A stretch of 64,000 nt of DNA from positions 1 to 64,000 of the forward strand of contig JBDIWC010000019.1 in the NCBI GenBank assembly GCA_039794085.1, in the 5' to 3' direction. The notes beneath the pieces are model-generated. The model searched no databases and had not been told where the DNA came from. It saw nothing but the letters and a program-made list of their open reading frames with translations. This DNA comes from Gemmatimonadales bacterium. Its GTDB lineage: Bacteria > Gemmatimonadota > Gemmatimonadetes > Gemmatimonadales > GWC2-71-9. Made by a program: the position numbers and the translations under genes. Shown here one piece after another: positions 9,729 to 19,319 of this stretch. The stretch's first letter is position 1. The number at the start of each line of letters is the position of its first letter.

Positions 9729-11683
9729 GTAGAGTAGGCGCCAGGTTGCCCTGGCGCCCCTCGTCAAACCGGACGGGCGGATTTCCCGCATCCGGCTTCC
9801 CCGGCAGATTCACCGGTCGGGCTATCGGGGAGTCGCGCGACTACAGCAGTTCCAGACCCAGACGGTGAGTCAGAAAGCCGTAGTAACTCATCCCTGTCGG
9901 TGGTCGAAAGGGTCGCTGGCTCCGACGTCTCAGATGCTTCGTCAACCGCGCCACAGTAAACGCGTTCACAGCCCGGTAGGCTCGGCGAGGGCGGCCGACG
10001 CTGAAGTACTGCTTCCAGCCCCGGTGCTGCCGGTTCACCTGCCCGACCAGCTCAATGATCGGCACGAACGAGTTCTCCTTGTCGATCAGCTCCCGCAATC
10101 TCTCCTTGCGGCGGGCCACCGCTTGGTCCGACGGCATGACCGTGAAATAGCGCCGATTCCGTCCAAAGCGGTCCCACTCATACCCGAAGGTGTAGCCCAC
10201 AAAATCGAGATGGGCCTCTCCGTCCGGCGTGAGGGTGATCACCCGGGTCTTCTTCCGGTTGATCGTCAGTGCAAACCTCCCCTCCAAGGTCCTCTCCACC
10301 CAGGCCGTGATGCGCCTCCCGACGGACCGCGCTAGGATCACGAAGTCGTCGGCGTAGCGGACCAGGCGGGCATGCGCCCAGTGCCCCGGACCGCTCGCGC
10401 GGTGGAATTGGACATCGAACCAGTGGAGGTACAGGTTGGCCAGCAGGGGCGAGATGACTCCGCCCTGCGGCGTCCCCTGCGTCGGCCGACGACGCGTCGG
10501 CCGATCATTCTCGTCCCGATCCTCGACGACCGCGTGGAGCCAGAGCCGAATCAGGTGCAGGACCGACCGGTCCGCCACCCGACGCGCGACGCCCTTCATC
10601 AGTTTGTCGTGCGGAATCGTGTCGAAATAGGCTTGCAGATCCGCGTCATAAATGGCCGTGTACCCCGCCCGCAGATGCTGCTCGATCTCCCGAAGCGCAT
10701 CGTGCGCGTTGCGCCCGGGTCGGTAGCCATAAGAGCAATCCAGGAAATCTGCCTCGAAAATCGGCTCCAGGATCAGCAGCGCCGCCGTCTGCACCACCCG
10801 GTCTCGGACCGTGGGGATGCCCAGCGGACGCCGCCTACCGTCGGGTTTCGGAATGTACACGCGTCGCACCGCCTGAGGCGTATAGCACTTCTCCTTCAGC
10901 TCCCGGTGCAGGGCATCCACCAGAGCCGTCGGACCCCCGGGTGAGGCTGTGATCTGTGCGATCGTCACCCCGTCCACCCCTGGTGTGCCCCCGTTGCGGG
11001 CCACCAGGACCCAGGCCGCCTCCAGGACGTCTCGCCGGTAGATCCGGTCATACAGCGCATAAAACCGGAACTCCGGCTCCCGCTTCGCCTTCAAGTACAG
11101 CTTCTGTCTCAACGTGAAGAGTTTCTCGGGTAGGCGCTTCCCATTGACCGCAAAGGCCTTGGGCAGCTCCGGCCGGTCTCCCGTAGTGGCGTCGTTTTCG
11201 CGCAAGCGGCCCTCCACGTGTCTGACTCCGCGTTCTGCCGGCAGGGGTCCTTCGCTCCACGGGCATTACCCCGCTTCCTCGCTACTACGACCCCCTCCGA
11301 TTCCCAGCCGTGCGGCCCGCAGTGGTTATGGATTCCCACCGGAGCCACGGGGCACGACCCCCGCACGCCGGGTCTCCCAGGTTCCTCGACCTTTCTCTCG
11401 ATGCGCGCCGTCCCCTACCACCCCGGAGAGCCGAGTGACTGCACATGCCTGTGACTTCGTCACCCGTGCGGGCTTCACCATCTTCGGCAGGCTGGCCGCT
11501 CTCATCTGTGCGTTTCGAGGCCGAAACGGGTTCGCTTGCGCTACGGCTCACATCGTCCGCCTCCCGGGGCTTCGACGGCCCAGTGACCTGGAACCCCCGC
11601 CCGGTCGGCTACATGTCTCACAGGCAGTTTACATGGCGAGCTCCTTTCAGCTCACAAGAAAGGCCAGGCTTGGCCTGGCGCAC
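9729..11683 (-). mobile_element. Complete group II intron (~1955 nt), AGC-triad domain V, non-IIC
   Basis: 5' end GTGCGCC at 11683; DV GGAAGCCGGATGCGGGAAATCCGCCCGTCCGGTTTG; DVI GGCGCCAGG-GCAA-CCTGGCGCC then TACTCTAC ending at 9729; the flanks rejoin into an intact repeat. Confidence 0.92.
9841..11217 (-). CDS. ltrA: Group II intron reverse transcriptase/maturase (no endonuclease domain)
   Basis: 'NGGTPGVDG', '[21 protein letters not shown]', '[14 protein letters not shown]', 'RYADDF', X domain; 458 aa with no HNH. Confidence 0.96.
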   Translation of the reverse strand: MEGRLRENDATTGDRPELPKAFAVNGKRLPEKLFTLRQKLYLKAKREPEFRFYALYDRIYRRDVLEAAWVLVARNGGTPGVDGVTIAQITASPGGPTALVDALHRELKEKCYTPQAVRRVYIPKPDGRRRPLGIPTVRDRVVQTAALLILEPIFEADFLDCSYGYRPGRNAHDALREIEQHLRAGYTAIYDADLQAYFDTIPHDKLMKGVARRVADRSVLHLIRLWLHAVVEDRDENDRPTRRRPTQGTPQGGVISPLLANLYLHWFDVQFHRASGPGHWAHARLVRYADDFVILARSVGRRITAWVERTLEGRFALTINRKKTRVITLTPDGEAHLDFVGYTFGYEWDRFGRNRRYFTVMPSDQAVARRKERLRELIDKENSFVPIIELVGQVNRQHRGWKQYFSVGRPRRAYRAVNAFTVARLTKHLRRRSQRPFRPPTGMSYYGFLTHRLGLELL

Positions 11684-11728
11684 CGAAGACGCGAAGGCAA
11701 CGGGTAGTAGCCTCGTCTTGGAGGGACC

Positions 11729-11983
11729 ATGCGCGATGCACGCGATATAGAGGGAGAGGAGCCGGACGATTTGACACCGGACGAGGACATGACGGACACG
11801 GAGGCGTGGATTGCGTGTCCCTACTGTGGTGTGGAGGTGGAGCTGGTGCTGGATCCGGGCGGAGGTTCGGTGCAGCGCTATGTGGAGGACTGCGAGGTGT
11901 GCTGTCGCCCCTGGCACCTGACGGTGCGGTGGGACGCCTCGGGGGCCGCGCAGGTGGAGGCCCGGACCGAGGCGGACGCGTAG
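11729..11983 (+). CDS. CPXCG-motif cysteine-rich protein
   Basis: 'CPYCG...QRYVEDCEVCCRP'. Confidence 0.88.
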   Translation: MRDARDIEGEEPDDLTPDEDMTDTEAWIACPYCGVEVELVLDPGGGSVQRYVEDCEVCCRPWHLTVRWDASGAAQVEARTEADA

Positions 11984-11997
11984 GCGCGTCGGGCGGA

Positions 11998-12338
11998 CAT
12001 TCCGAGGCCATCATCGCGAGGACCCGCAGGGGTCCGTGGCGATCTCGTGAGCGAGCGTTCGCAAGGACTCACACGAAGGCACGAAGGCAACGGGCGGTGG
12101 CCTCGTCATGGAGCGTCACCCCGGCGCACGCCGGGGTCCATGTGTGGGGGTCTCACGCGAAGACGCGAAGGACGCGAAGATTCTTGTGGAGAGTCTCACG
12201 CGGAGACGCGGAGGCGCGGAGGGTTGTGGTGCTTGCGATGGCGGGCGGGCCATCGGTGTCGTGAGTGCCAATCGGAGCGTCACCCCGGCGCACGCCGGGG
12301 TCCACTTCACACTTCGAATTTCGAACTTCACACTTCCC
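11998..12338. repeat. Mosaic repeat cluster (CCCCGGCG-CA-CGCCGGGG hairpins, CGCGAAGA octamers, GAAGTT heptamers)
   Basis: Hairpins at 12111-12140 and 12274-12304; tctcacgcgaagacgcgaagg at 12151. Confidence 0.85.
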
Positions 12339-12438
12339 GAAGGGCCCCGTGTCAGGGAGATGACGTTATCGGGGTGATCAGTGCAGGAAAGTGTGGGTGA
12401 GGCGTCCCTTCCGGTATCACTGCGAGGGGGATCCCTGT

Positions 12439-13251
12439 ATGTTCCGCTGGCTGGAGGGTCGGTGTGGTCCGAGAATGGTGCTGCTACTTGCGTGCGCCTG
12501 CGCTTGGCCGTGGACGGTTGCCGAGGCCCAGGCAGGCCGGGACCCCACCGCTACCCTGGTGGTCCAGGTGGTGGACACCGCCGAGGCACCGGTGCCCCTC
12601 GCGGATGTCATCCTCCGTCGCGCGGGGATGCGGGGGACGAGTGGGGCCACCGGCCGGGTCACGCTCCGAAACATCCCTTCCGGGCTCGATACCCTGCTGG
12701 TCCGGCGGCTCGGCTTCGACCCACTGATAGTGGCAGTACGGTTCTTCGCGGGGGACACGCTCTCGGTCGAGGCGGTGCTCGACGCCCGGCTGGTGGCGCT
12801 GGAGGAGATTGAGGTCATCGGCCGGCCGGGGCTCTCCACCTTTGAGCGCCGGATGAAGAATGCGATCTTTTCGCCGCCCAACTCGTTCTACACGCCGGAG
12901 GCGCTCGACACCTTCCCGCCGGAGATCCACCTGCGGGAAATTCTCATGCGGTCTGGTATCCTGCGCCGACCAGTCATCCTCGGTGGTCCCGGGCGGCAGG
13001 TGACCACCCGAACCCGTCTGACCTGCGCCAAGGATCCCCTGGCTAGCCAGCATGGGAAACCGTATCCGGCGGTGATCATTCTGCTGAACGGGATTGCCTA
13101 CCCCGACCCCGACGACGATTTCTTCGAGATGAAGCTGCGCCGGGCCCGGATCAAGGCGCTGGAGATCTACCGGAATCCGATGGAGATGCCCAACGAGTTT
13201 TCGCCGGAAGTGATGGACAATGGTTGTGCGGTGGTGGTGTGGACGAAATAG
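12439..13251 (+). CDS. Secreted carboxypeptidase-regulatory-like domain protein with a TonB-plug-like C-terminus
   Basis: Signal peptide, 'VVDTAEAPVPLADV', 'VRRLGF', 'IKALEIYR', 'CAVVVWTK'; start codon uncertain. Confidence 0.7.
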   Translation: MFRWLEGRCGPRMVLLLACACAWPWTVAEAQAGRDPTATLVVQVVDTAEAPVPLADVILRRAGMRGTSGATGRVTLRNIPSGLDTLLVRRLGFDPLIVAVRFFAGDTLSVEAVLDARLVALEEIEVIGRPGLSTFERRMKNAIFSPPNSFYTPEALDTFPPEIHLREILMRSGILRRPVILGGPGRQVTTRTRLTCAKDPLASQHGKPYPAVIILLNGIAYPDPDDDFFEMKLRRARIKALEIYRNPMEMPNEFSPEVMDNGCAVVVWTK

Positions 13252-13284
13252 AAGTTCGAAGTTCGAAGTGTGAAGTTCGAAGGT

Positions 13285-13717
13285 TCACGCGAAGACGCGA
13301 AGGGCGCGAAGGTTCTTGTGGGGAGTCTCACGCGGAGACGCGGAGGCGCGGAGGGTGTCGGTCCGCGTGGTGGTTCCTGGATCGCACGGACACGCGTAGG
13401 GGACTCACACGAAGCCACGAAAGCACGAAGCACGCGGGGGCAGTCTCCGGAGCGTCACCCCGGCGCACGCCGGGGTCCATGTGTGGGGGTGTCACGCGAA
13501 GGCGCGAAGGGCGCGATGGTTCTTGTGGGGAGTCTCACGCGGAGGTGCGGAGGCGCGGAGGGTGTCGGTCCGCGTGGTGGTTCCTGGATCGTACGGACAC
13601 GCGTAGGGGACTCACACAAAGGTACGAAGGCACGAAGCACGCGGGGGCAGTCTCCAGAGCGTCACCCCGGCGCACGCCGGGGTCCATGTGTAGGGGTGTC
13701 ACGCGAAGGCGCGAAGG
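13285..13717. repeat. Tandem duplication of a 207-bp composite repeat unit
   Basis: tcacgcgaag recurs at 13285, 13492 and 13699 with near-identical intervening sequence. Confidence 0.92.
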
Positions 13718-13960
13718 CACTCCCTGCGTTCTTGCGCCCTTGCGTTGAATCTGTTGTCGGTGCACAACGTGAAGGGATCCGCGACGACGGGAAGTACGCC
13801 CGCGGAGTTCTCAGATCCCTCGCTTCGCTCGGGATGACTCCGAATTGCGGGACCCCACAAGCTCTCCTATGCCCGACTCCCAACTCCCTATTCCCGACTC
13901 CCAACTCCCTATTCCCGACTCCCTATTCCCTGACAGCCCCTATCGCCTATCGACTATCGC

Positions 13961-16126
13961 CTACAACAAGCCATCCACATAGAGCTCCAGCCGCCACCCC
14001 TTCGGCGACCGGAGCCCCCGCGCCAGGTCGATCCGGAACAACCCATCGAGAACGCTCACGCCCACACCCGCGCCGATCAGGGCGCGTCCCCCGGCAAAGT
14101 CGCCGCGGTCGCCGGCCCACCCGGCGTCACTGAAGGCGATCACCCGCACGCCGGGGAACCGGTTGCCGATTTCGAGCCGGCTCCGCCAGTAGGCGTTGCC
14201 CGAGGTGACCGCCCCGGCGTACCCCCGAAGCGTGCTCGCCCCGCCGAGATAGAAGGCGTGTTGAATCGGAACCGACCCCGTCGACGTGCCCGCCGCGAGC
14301 GTGAGGGCCCCGGCAAGCGGACCCGCCGGGGTGAGGAAGAGCCGAGTCGTCGCCGATGCCCTGCCGTACTCGAATGTCCCGATCGCGCCGTCGGTCGCGA
14401 GTTCGCCTCCCAGTGTCACCGTGGGGGACACCGCAGCCACGCCGCGCAGAGTGAGCTCGGCCCCGTACTGCGCACCCCGCTCCGCCGCGATGTTGGGCCG
14501 GAAAGTGCGGTCGGAGCCGAACAGATCCGCGAAACTCGCGTCGGTCTCCACCGTGGCGGCCCGCTCCCGCTGGGCAAAGAGCCGGCCCTCCCACCATCCC
14601 GACGTGAGGTCCTGGAAGCGGAGCTCCCCCCCGGTGATGCGGTAGTACTCGCCATCATCCCGGTGGGCCAGGGCGGCGAACGCCGTGTTGAAGGGGCCGA
14701 ACGGAAGCACCTCGGGGTTGGCGGCGGCCAGGCGGCGATAGGCCGATCCGGACACCCGGGTGCTGCGATCGGTGCGGGCCACCGTCACTTCCCCGTTCGG
14801 GACCCGATCGGCCACGCCGAGCCGGGCGAGTCCCGACACCTCCAGGGGCCCGAAGGTGACGCCGCCGGCCGCGCCAAGCGAGAGCGCCTCGATCCGGTTA
14901 TACCGTGCGTGACGCAGGATCAGGGAAGCGGGGCCTTTCGAGGGCAGGGTCACCCGGGGGGTCCAGGGGGCGCTGGGAATGCTGCGGATCGCACCCTCCA
15001 GGCCGCGGATCTCCTCTTCGGTGATGAGGTCCCCGATGTCGAGGATGGGGGGCCCGAGCTCGGGATGGGTGAGGAGACCGGCCGGGTCGGCGGGGAGTTC
15101 CACCACCAGGTTCTGCTGCCGGCCGATCCGACGGCACTCGGCCCTCACCTCCCGGGTCGAGGCGGTGTCCAGACAGGCGCGACGGGTGGCGCGAAGAGCG
15201 ATGGTGGTGGAGTCGGTCCGCCGACGGATCGTACCCGCAGGCCTGAAGGTGGCGTCCGGCGGTGGAGGGTCGCCTCCCTGGAGCTCGTAGTCCTCGTAGA
15301 CTCGTTCGACCCGAACCGGCATGCCGAGCCACTTCCCCATCGATCCCGTCATGTCGATCGCCATGTACCGGGGCATCCACCAGCGATTCTCGTACAGGGC
15401 ATACTCGATGGTGACGAACTTCAACTCACCGACCGGGTTGATGAACCCGGGGACACCATCCCGGTCGTCCTCACTCACGTCGCGCTGAAACTCGAACGGG
15501 CGCGCCGGCCGGAAAACGGCCTGCACCAGTCCCCACGTCTCCATGTCGAACCAGAAGGTGCCGGACACCAATCGCCAGTCAGATCGGCGAGGGGTAACGC
15601 GCAGTGAGGCCAGGCGCACCTGCTGGCCGGAGGGGAGGGCGATGACCGTCGTGTCCCCGGCTGCATAGCGATAATCGGCCTCTCCGCCGGCCCGGAGCGG
15701 ATACACGAACCCGTCCTCGTCGTCTCCGCCGATGAGCCGCAGGTACTCCTCGGCGGGGTTGATCACCAGATCGGACGCGTCGCTTCGGAGGTCGTCGGGA
15801 ACCTGATCTCCCCGGGTCGCGATGGGAACACCTTCCCGGGCACCGACATAGGTCAGGGTGCTCGCGCTGTCCCGCCGCCATGCGATCCGAGCCACGACCT
15901 CTCGGCGGTAGAGCATCCGGTCGCGCGACAACGCCCGGAGTCCCACCCCGATGCGCTGTTTGACGGTGGCGGTGTAGGAGGTGACCAGGCGATTCCGCGC
16001 CTGGGCCATTCGCACATTGGCGACGATGCGGGCGGCTGTGGAATCGAGGTATGCGTCGGGAGGAAGGGGCCGGGTGGAGTCCGGATCCTGCATCACCAGG
16101 GCGAGACCCAGGAGTACGGTGAGCAT
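13961..16126 (-). CDS. Large outer-membrane protein (BamA/Omp85-like C-terminal barrel)
   Basis: Signal peptide; 'RYNRIEAL', 'LGGASTLRGY', 'GVGVSVLDGLFRIDLARGL'. Confidence 0.7.
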   Translation of the reverse strand: MLTVLLGLALVMQDPDSTRPLPPDAYLDSTAARIVANVRMAQARNRLVTSYTATVKQRIGVGLRALSRDRMLYRREVVARIAWRRDSASTLTYVGAREGVPIATRGDQVPDDLRSDASDLVINPAEEYLRLIGGDDEDGFVYPLRAGGEADYRYAAGDTTVIALPSGQQVRLASLRVTPRRSDWRLVSGTFWFDMETWGLVQAVFRPARPFEFQRDVSEDDRDGVPGFINPVGELKFVTIEYALYENRWWMPRYMAIDMTGSMGKWLGMPVRVERVYEDYELQGGDPPPPDATFRPAGTIRRRTDSTTIALRATRRACLDTASTREVRAECRRIGRQQNLVVELPADPAGLLTHPELGPPILDIGDLITEEEIRGLEGAIRSIPSAPWTPRVTLPSKGPASLILRHARYNRIEALSLGAAGGVTFGPLEVSGLARLGVADRVPNGEVTVARTDRSTRVSGSAYRRLAAANPEVLPFGPFNTAFAALAHRDDGEYYRITGGELRFQDLTSGWWEGRLFAQRERAATVETDASFADLFGSDRTFRPNIAAERGAQYGAELTLRGVAAVSPTVTLGGELATDGAIGTFEYGRASATTRLFLTPAGPLAGALTLAAGTSTGSVPIQHAFYLGGASTLRGYAGAVTSGNAYWRSRLEIGNRFPGVRVIAFSDAGWAGDRGDFAGGRALIGAGVGVSVLDGLFRIDLARGLRSPKGWRLELYVDGLL

Positions 16127-16519
16127 GATATCGTCGTGTACGAGTGGCGCCTTCCAATGGTTTCACTTTGAAGCGTAGTATGGTGACCCCTTGCAGTGGC
16201 ACCGCGCCACCGGACCGTCATCGCGAGGACCCCCGCAGGGGTCCGTGCCGATCTTGTGAGCGACCGTTCGCTGGGCTCCGGGATGGCTGGCCTTCCGACC
16301 GGAGTCCTGTCCCGGCGGGGCATCGGCATGAAGGCCCGCGTCGCCTCCGGAGCGTCACCCCGGCGCACGCCGGGGTCCATGTGTGGGGGTATCACGCGAA
16401 GACGCGAAGGCGCGAAGGCCATGAGCGCCGTGCCGTCATCGCGGGGACCCCGCAGGGGTCCGTGGCGAATCTCGTGGGCGACTTCTCCCCATCTGGTTTG
16501 GCCGCACGGGAAGAAATGA

Positions 16520-16554
16520 TTGACTTCATCCGTTCATGCAGATATATTGATGGT
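16520..16554 (+). promoter_or_regulatory. Leaderless promoter with a putative SahR-type operator
   Basis: TTGACT(16520)-17 nt-TATATT(16543)-6 nt-ATG(16555); imperfect ATC...GAT palindrome in the spacer. Confidence 0.6.
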
Positions 16555-17520
16555 ATGGCCACCGCCCTCCTCGACCAGATGACCGCCCTCGCCGACCCGG
16601 TCCGCTGCCGGATCACGTCGATCCTGGCCGGTCACGAGCTGAGCGTGTCGGAACTCCAGGCCGTCGTTCAGCTTCCCCAATCGACCGTGAGCCGTCACCT
16701 CCGGGTACTCGCCGAGGAGGGGCTGGTGGAGGTCCGAAGCGAGGGGACGAGCCACCTCTACCATGCGCCGGTCGACCGCTTCCCCCCCGACACGGCGAGC
16801 CTCTGGCAGGTGGTGCAGACGGCGGTCGAGGAGAGCCCCCTCCGCCGAAGCGATGCCGATCGCGTGAGCATGGTCCTGGCCGAACGGCACCGCCGCTCGC
16901 GAGAGTTCTTCGAAACCCGGGCGGGCCAGTGGGATCGACTCCGCGAGGAGCTCTTCGGCCAGCGGCTCGAGTTGCTGGCCCTGGCGGGTCTCCTCGATTC
17001 CGAATGGGTAGTGGGAGACCTGGGGTGCGGCACCGGTCAGCTTGCGGCACTGGTGGCGCCCCATGTGGCGCGAGTCATCGCGGTGGACGAAGCGGAGGCG
17101 ATGCTCTCCGCCGCCCGAACCCGGACAGCCGGCCTCCCCAATGTGGAGCTGCGGGCCGGACAACTGGAATCGCTCCCGATTCCGGATGGCACCCTCGACC
17201 TGGGAGTCCTGAGCCTGGTGCTTCCCTATGCCGTGGAACCATCTGCAGTGATCGCGGAGACGGCGCGGGCTCTCGCTCCGGGCGGGCGGCTGGTCGTGCT
17301 CGATCTCGCGCCCCACGATCGTGCCGAGTATCGCCAGACGATGGGGCATCTCTGGCAGGGCTTTTCCGAAACCGACGTGCGCGGCTGGATGGCCACCGCG
17401 GGATTGCACCGCATCGGGTGGAGCCCGCTCCCACCGATTCCGAGCGCCCTGGGACCGGGGCTGATGCTGGCGACGGGAATCAGGATCTCCCCGGCGACTT
17501 GTGGAACTTCCGATCAGTGA
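16555..17520 (+). CDS. ArsR-HTH plus SAM-methyltransferase-domain regulator (SahR-like)
   Basis: '[24 protein letters not shown]', '[10 protein letters not shown]', 'DLGCGTG'; upstream of ahcY. Confidence 0.9.
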   Translation: MATALLDQMTALADPVRCRITSILAGHELSVSELQAVVQLPQSTVSRHLRVLAEEGLVEVRSEGTSHLYHAPVDRFPPDTASLWQVVQTAVEESPLRRSDADRVSMVLAERHRRSREFFETRAGQWDRLREELFGQRLELLALAGLLDSEWVVGDLGCGTGQLAALVAPHVARVIAVDEAEAMLSAARTRTAGLPNVELRAGQLESLPIPDGTLDLGVLSLVLPYAVEPSAVIAETARALAPGGRLVVLDLAPHDRAEYRQTMGHLWQGFSETDVRGWMATAGLHRIGWSPLPPIPSALGPGLMLATGIRISPATCGTSDQ

Positions 17521-17554
17521 TCAACGTGACATACCATTTCCAAAGGACAGACCT

Positions 17555-19042
17555 GTGCGTACCGACACCATGACCCACCCCTTCGACCTCTCCCGCGAAG
17601 CGGGCCTTCCCCCCTTCAAGGTCGCCGACCTCTCCCAGGCGGCACTCGGCAGGGAGGAGATCCGCCTCGCCGAGCACGAGATGCCCGGCCTCATGGCACT
17701 CCGGTCGGAATATGCGGGGCAGAACCCGCTCGCCGGTGCCAGGATCATGGGTTCGCTCCACATGACGGTGCAGACGGCGGTGCTCATCGAGACGCTGGTC
17801 GATCTCGGCGCCGACGTGCGGTGGGTCTCCTGCAACATCTACTCGACCCAGGATTCCGCCGCGGCCGCGGTGGTGGTGGGCCGGGAGGGTACGGTGGACG
17901 CGCCGCGCGGCACCCCGGTCTTCGCCTGGAAGGGGGAGACCCTGGAGGAGTACTGGTGGTGCACCGATCAGGCGCTCCGCTGGCCCGATGGCGGCGGCCC
18001 CAACCTCCTCCTCGATGATGGCGGCGACGCCACCCTCCTGGTGCACAAGGGCGCGGAGTTCGAGCGGGCCGGTGCCATTCCCGCCTTCAACCCCGCCGAG
18101 GATCCGGAGGAGTGGGGGGTGATTCTCGACCTGATCCGTTCCACGCTGAAGGAGGATCCGACCCGGTGGAGCCGGGTGGCCGCGGGGCTGCGGGGCGTCT
18201 CCGAGGAAACCACCACGGGCGTGCACCGGCTCTATGAGATGATGCGGGATGGCACCCTGCTCTTTCCGGCCATCAACGTCAACGACTCGGTGACCAAGAG
18301 CAAGTTCGACAACATCTACGGCTGCCGCCATTCGGTGGTGGACGGACTGAACCGCGCCACCGATGTGATGCTGGCCGGCAAGCTCGCGGTGATCTGCGGC
18401 TTTGGTGAGGTCGGGAAGGGGTGCGCCCAGGCGCTCCGCGGCCAGGGGGCCCGCGTGGTGGTGACCGAGATCGACCCGATCTGCGCGCTGCAGGCGTCGA
18501 TGGAAGGGTACCAGGTGGTCACGGTGGACGACGTCGTCGCCTCGGCGGACATATTCATCACGGCAACCGGCAACCGGGACATCATCACGGCCGATCACAT
18601 GGCGCGGATGAAGGACAAGGCGATCGTCGGGAACATCGGCCACTTCGACAACGAGATCGACATGGCGGGGCTCAAGAAGATCCCCGGGATCAGGAAGGTG
18701 AACATCCGGCCGCAGTACGACGAATGGGTCTTTCCCGACGGCCATGGGGTGCTCATCCTCGCCGACGGGCGCCTGCTCAACCTCGGCTGCGCCACCGGTC
18801 ACCCGAGCTTCGTGATGTCGGCAAGCTTCACCAACCAGGTGATGGCCCAGATCGAGCTGCACCGGAACAACGATCAGTATGAGAAGAAGGTCTACGTCCT
18901 CCCGAAGCACCTGGACGAAAAGGTGGCGCGGCTGCACCTGGAGAAGCTCAACGTGCGCTTGACCGAGCTGACCCCGGGCCAGGCGAGCTACATCGGCGTG
19001 CCGGTGCAGGGACCGTACAAGCCGGAGCAGTACCGATACTAG
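17555..19042 (+). CDS. ahcY: Adenosylhomocysteinase
   Basis: '[10 protein letters not shown]', 'SCNIYSTQD', 'EETTTGV', '[13 protein letters not shown]', '[10 protein letters not shown]'; GTG after AAGGA (alternative ATG at 17570). Confidence 0.98.
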   Translation: MRTDTMTHPFDLSREAGLPPFKVADLSQAALGREEIRLAEHEMPGLMALRSEYAGQNPLAGARIMGSLHMTVQTAVLIETLVDLGADVRWVSCNIYSTQDSAAAAVVVGREGTVDAPRGTPVFAWKGETLEEYWWCTDQALRWPDGGGPNLLLDDGGDATLLVHKGAEFERAGAIPAFNPAEDPEEWGVILDLIRSTLKEDPTRWSRVAAGLRGVSEETTTGVHRLYEMMRDGTLLFPAINVNDSVTKSKFDNIYGCRHSVVDGLNRATDVMLAGKLAVICGFGEVGKGCAQALRGQGARVVVTEIDPICALQASMEGYQVVTVDDVVASADIFITATGNRDIITADHMARMKDKAIVGNIGHFDNEIDMAGLKKIPGIRKVNIRPQYDEWVFPDGHGVLILADGRLLNLGCATGHPSFVMSASFTNQVMAQIELHRNNDQYEKKVYVLPKHLDEKVARLHLEKLNVRLTELTPGQASYIGVPVQGPYKPEQYRY

Positions 19043-19319
19043 GAAGTTCGAAGTGTGAAGTTTGAAGTTCGAAGGAGGGCTGCGTTTCTCGGAGTCATCC
19101 CGAGGGTGCAGCCCGAGGGATCTGTGAAGGCGGGTTGATGCACTTCCTGTCGGCGGCGTCCACCGCATCGGTGGTACCAGCGACCGGGATCGATGCCCGG
19201 ACGGCGGGAAGTACGCCCGCGGAGTTCACAGATCCCTCGCTTTGCTCGGGATGACGCCCTCGGTGTTTTCCCTACTCCCTATTCCCTACTCCCTATTCCC
19301 TACTCCCTATTCCCTGCTC

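Noticed and set aside
9841..11217. RT as a retron, DGR or defence-associated RT
   Set aside because: It has a YADD motif, a maturase X domain and canonical intron ends with DV/DVI; no template/variable repeat pair was seen.
13224..14133. ORFs of 174-287 aa across repeat clusters (similar ones at 40.3-40.9 and 43.7-45.0 kb)
   Set aside because: They arise from stop-poor GC-rich repeats and the 207-bp period, and show no protein motifs.
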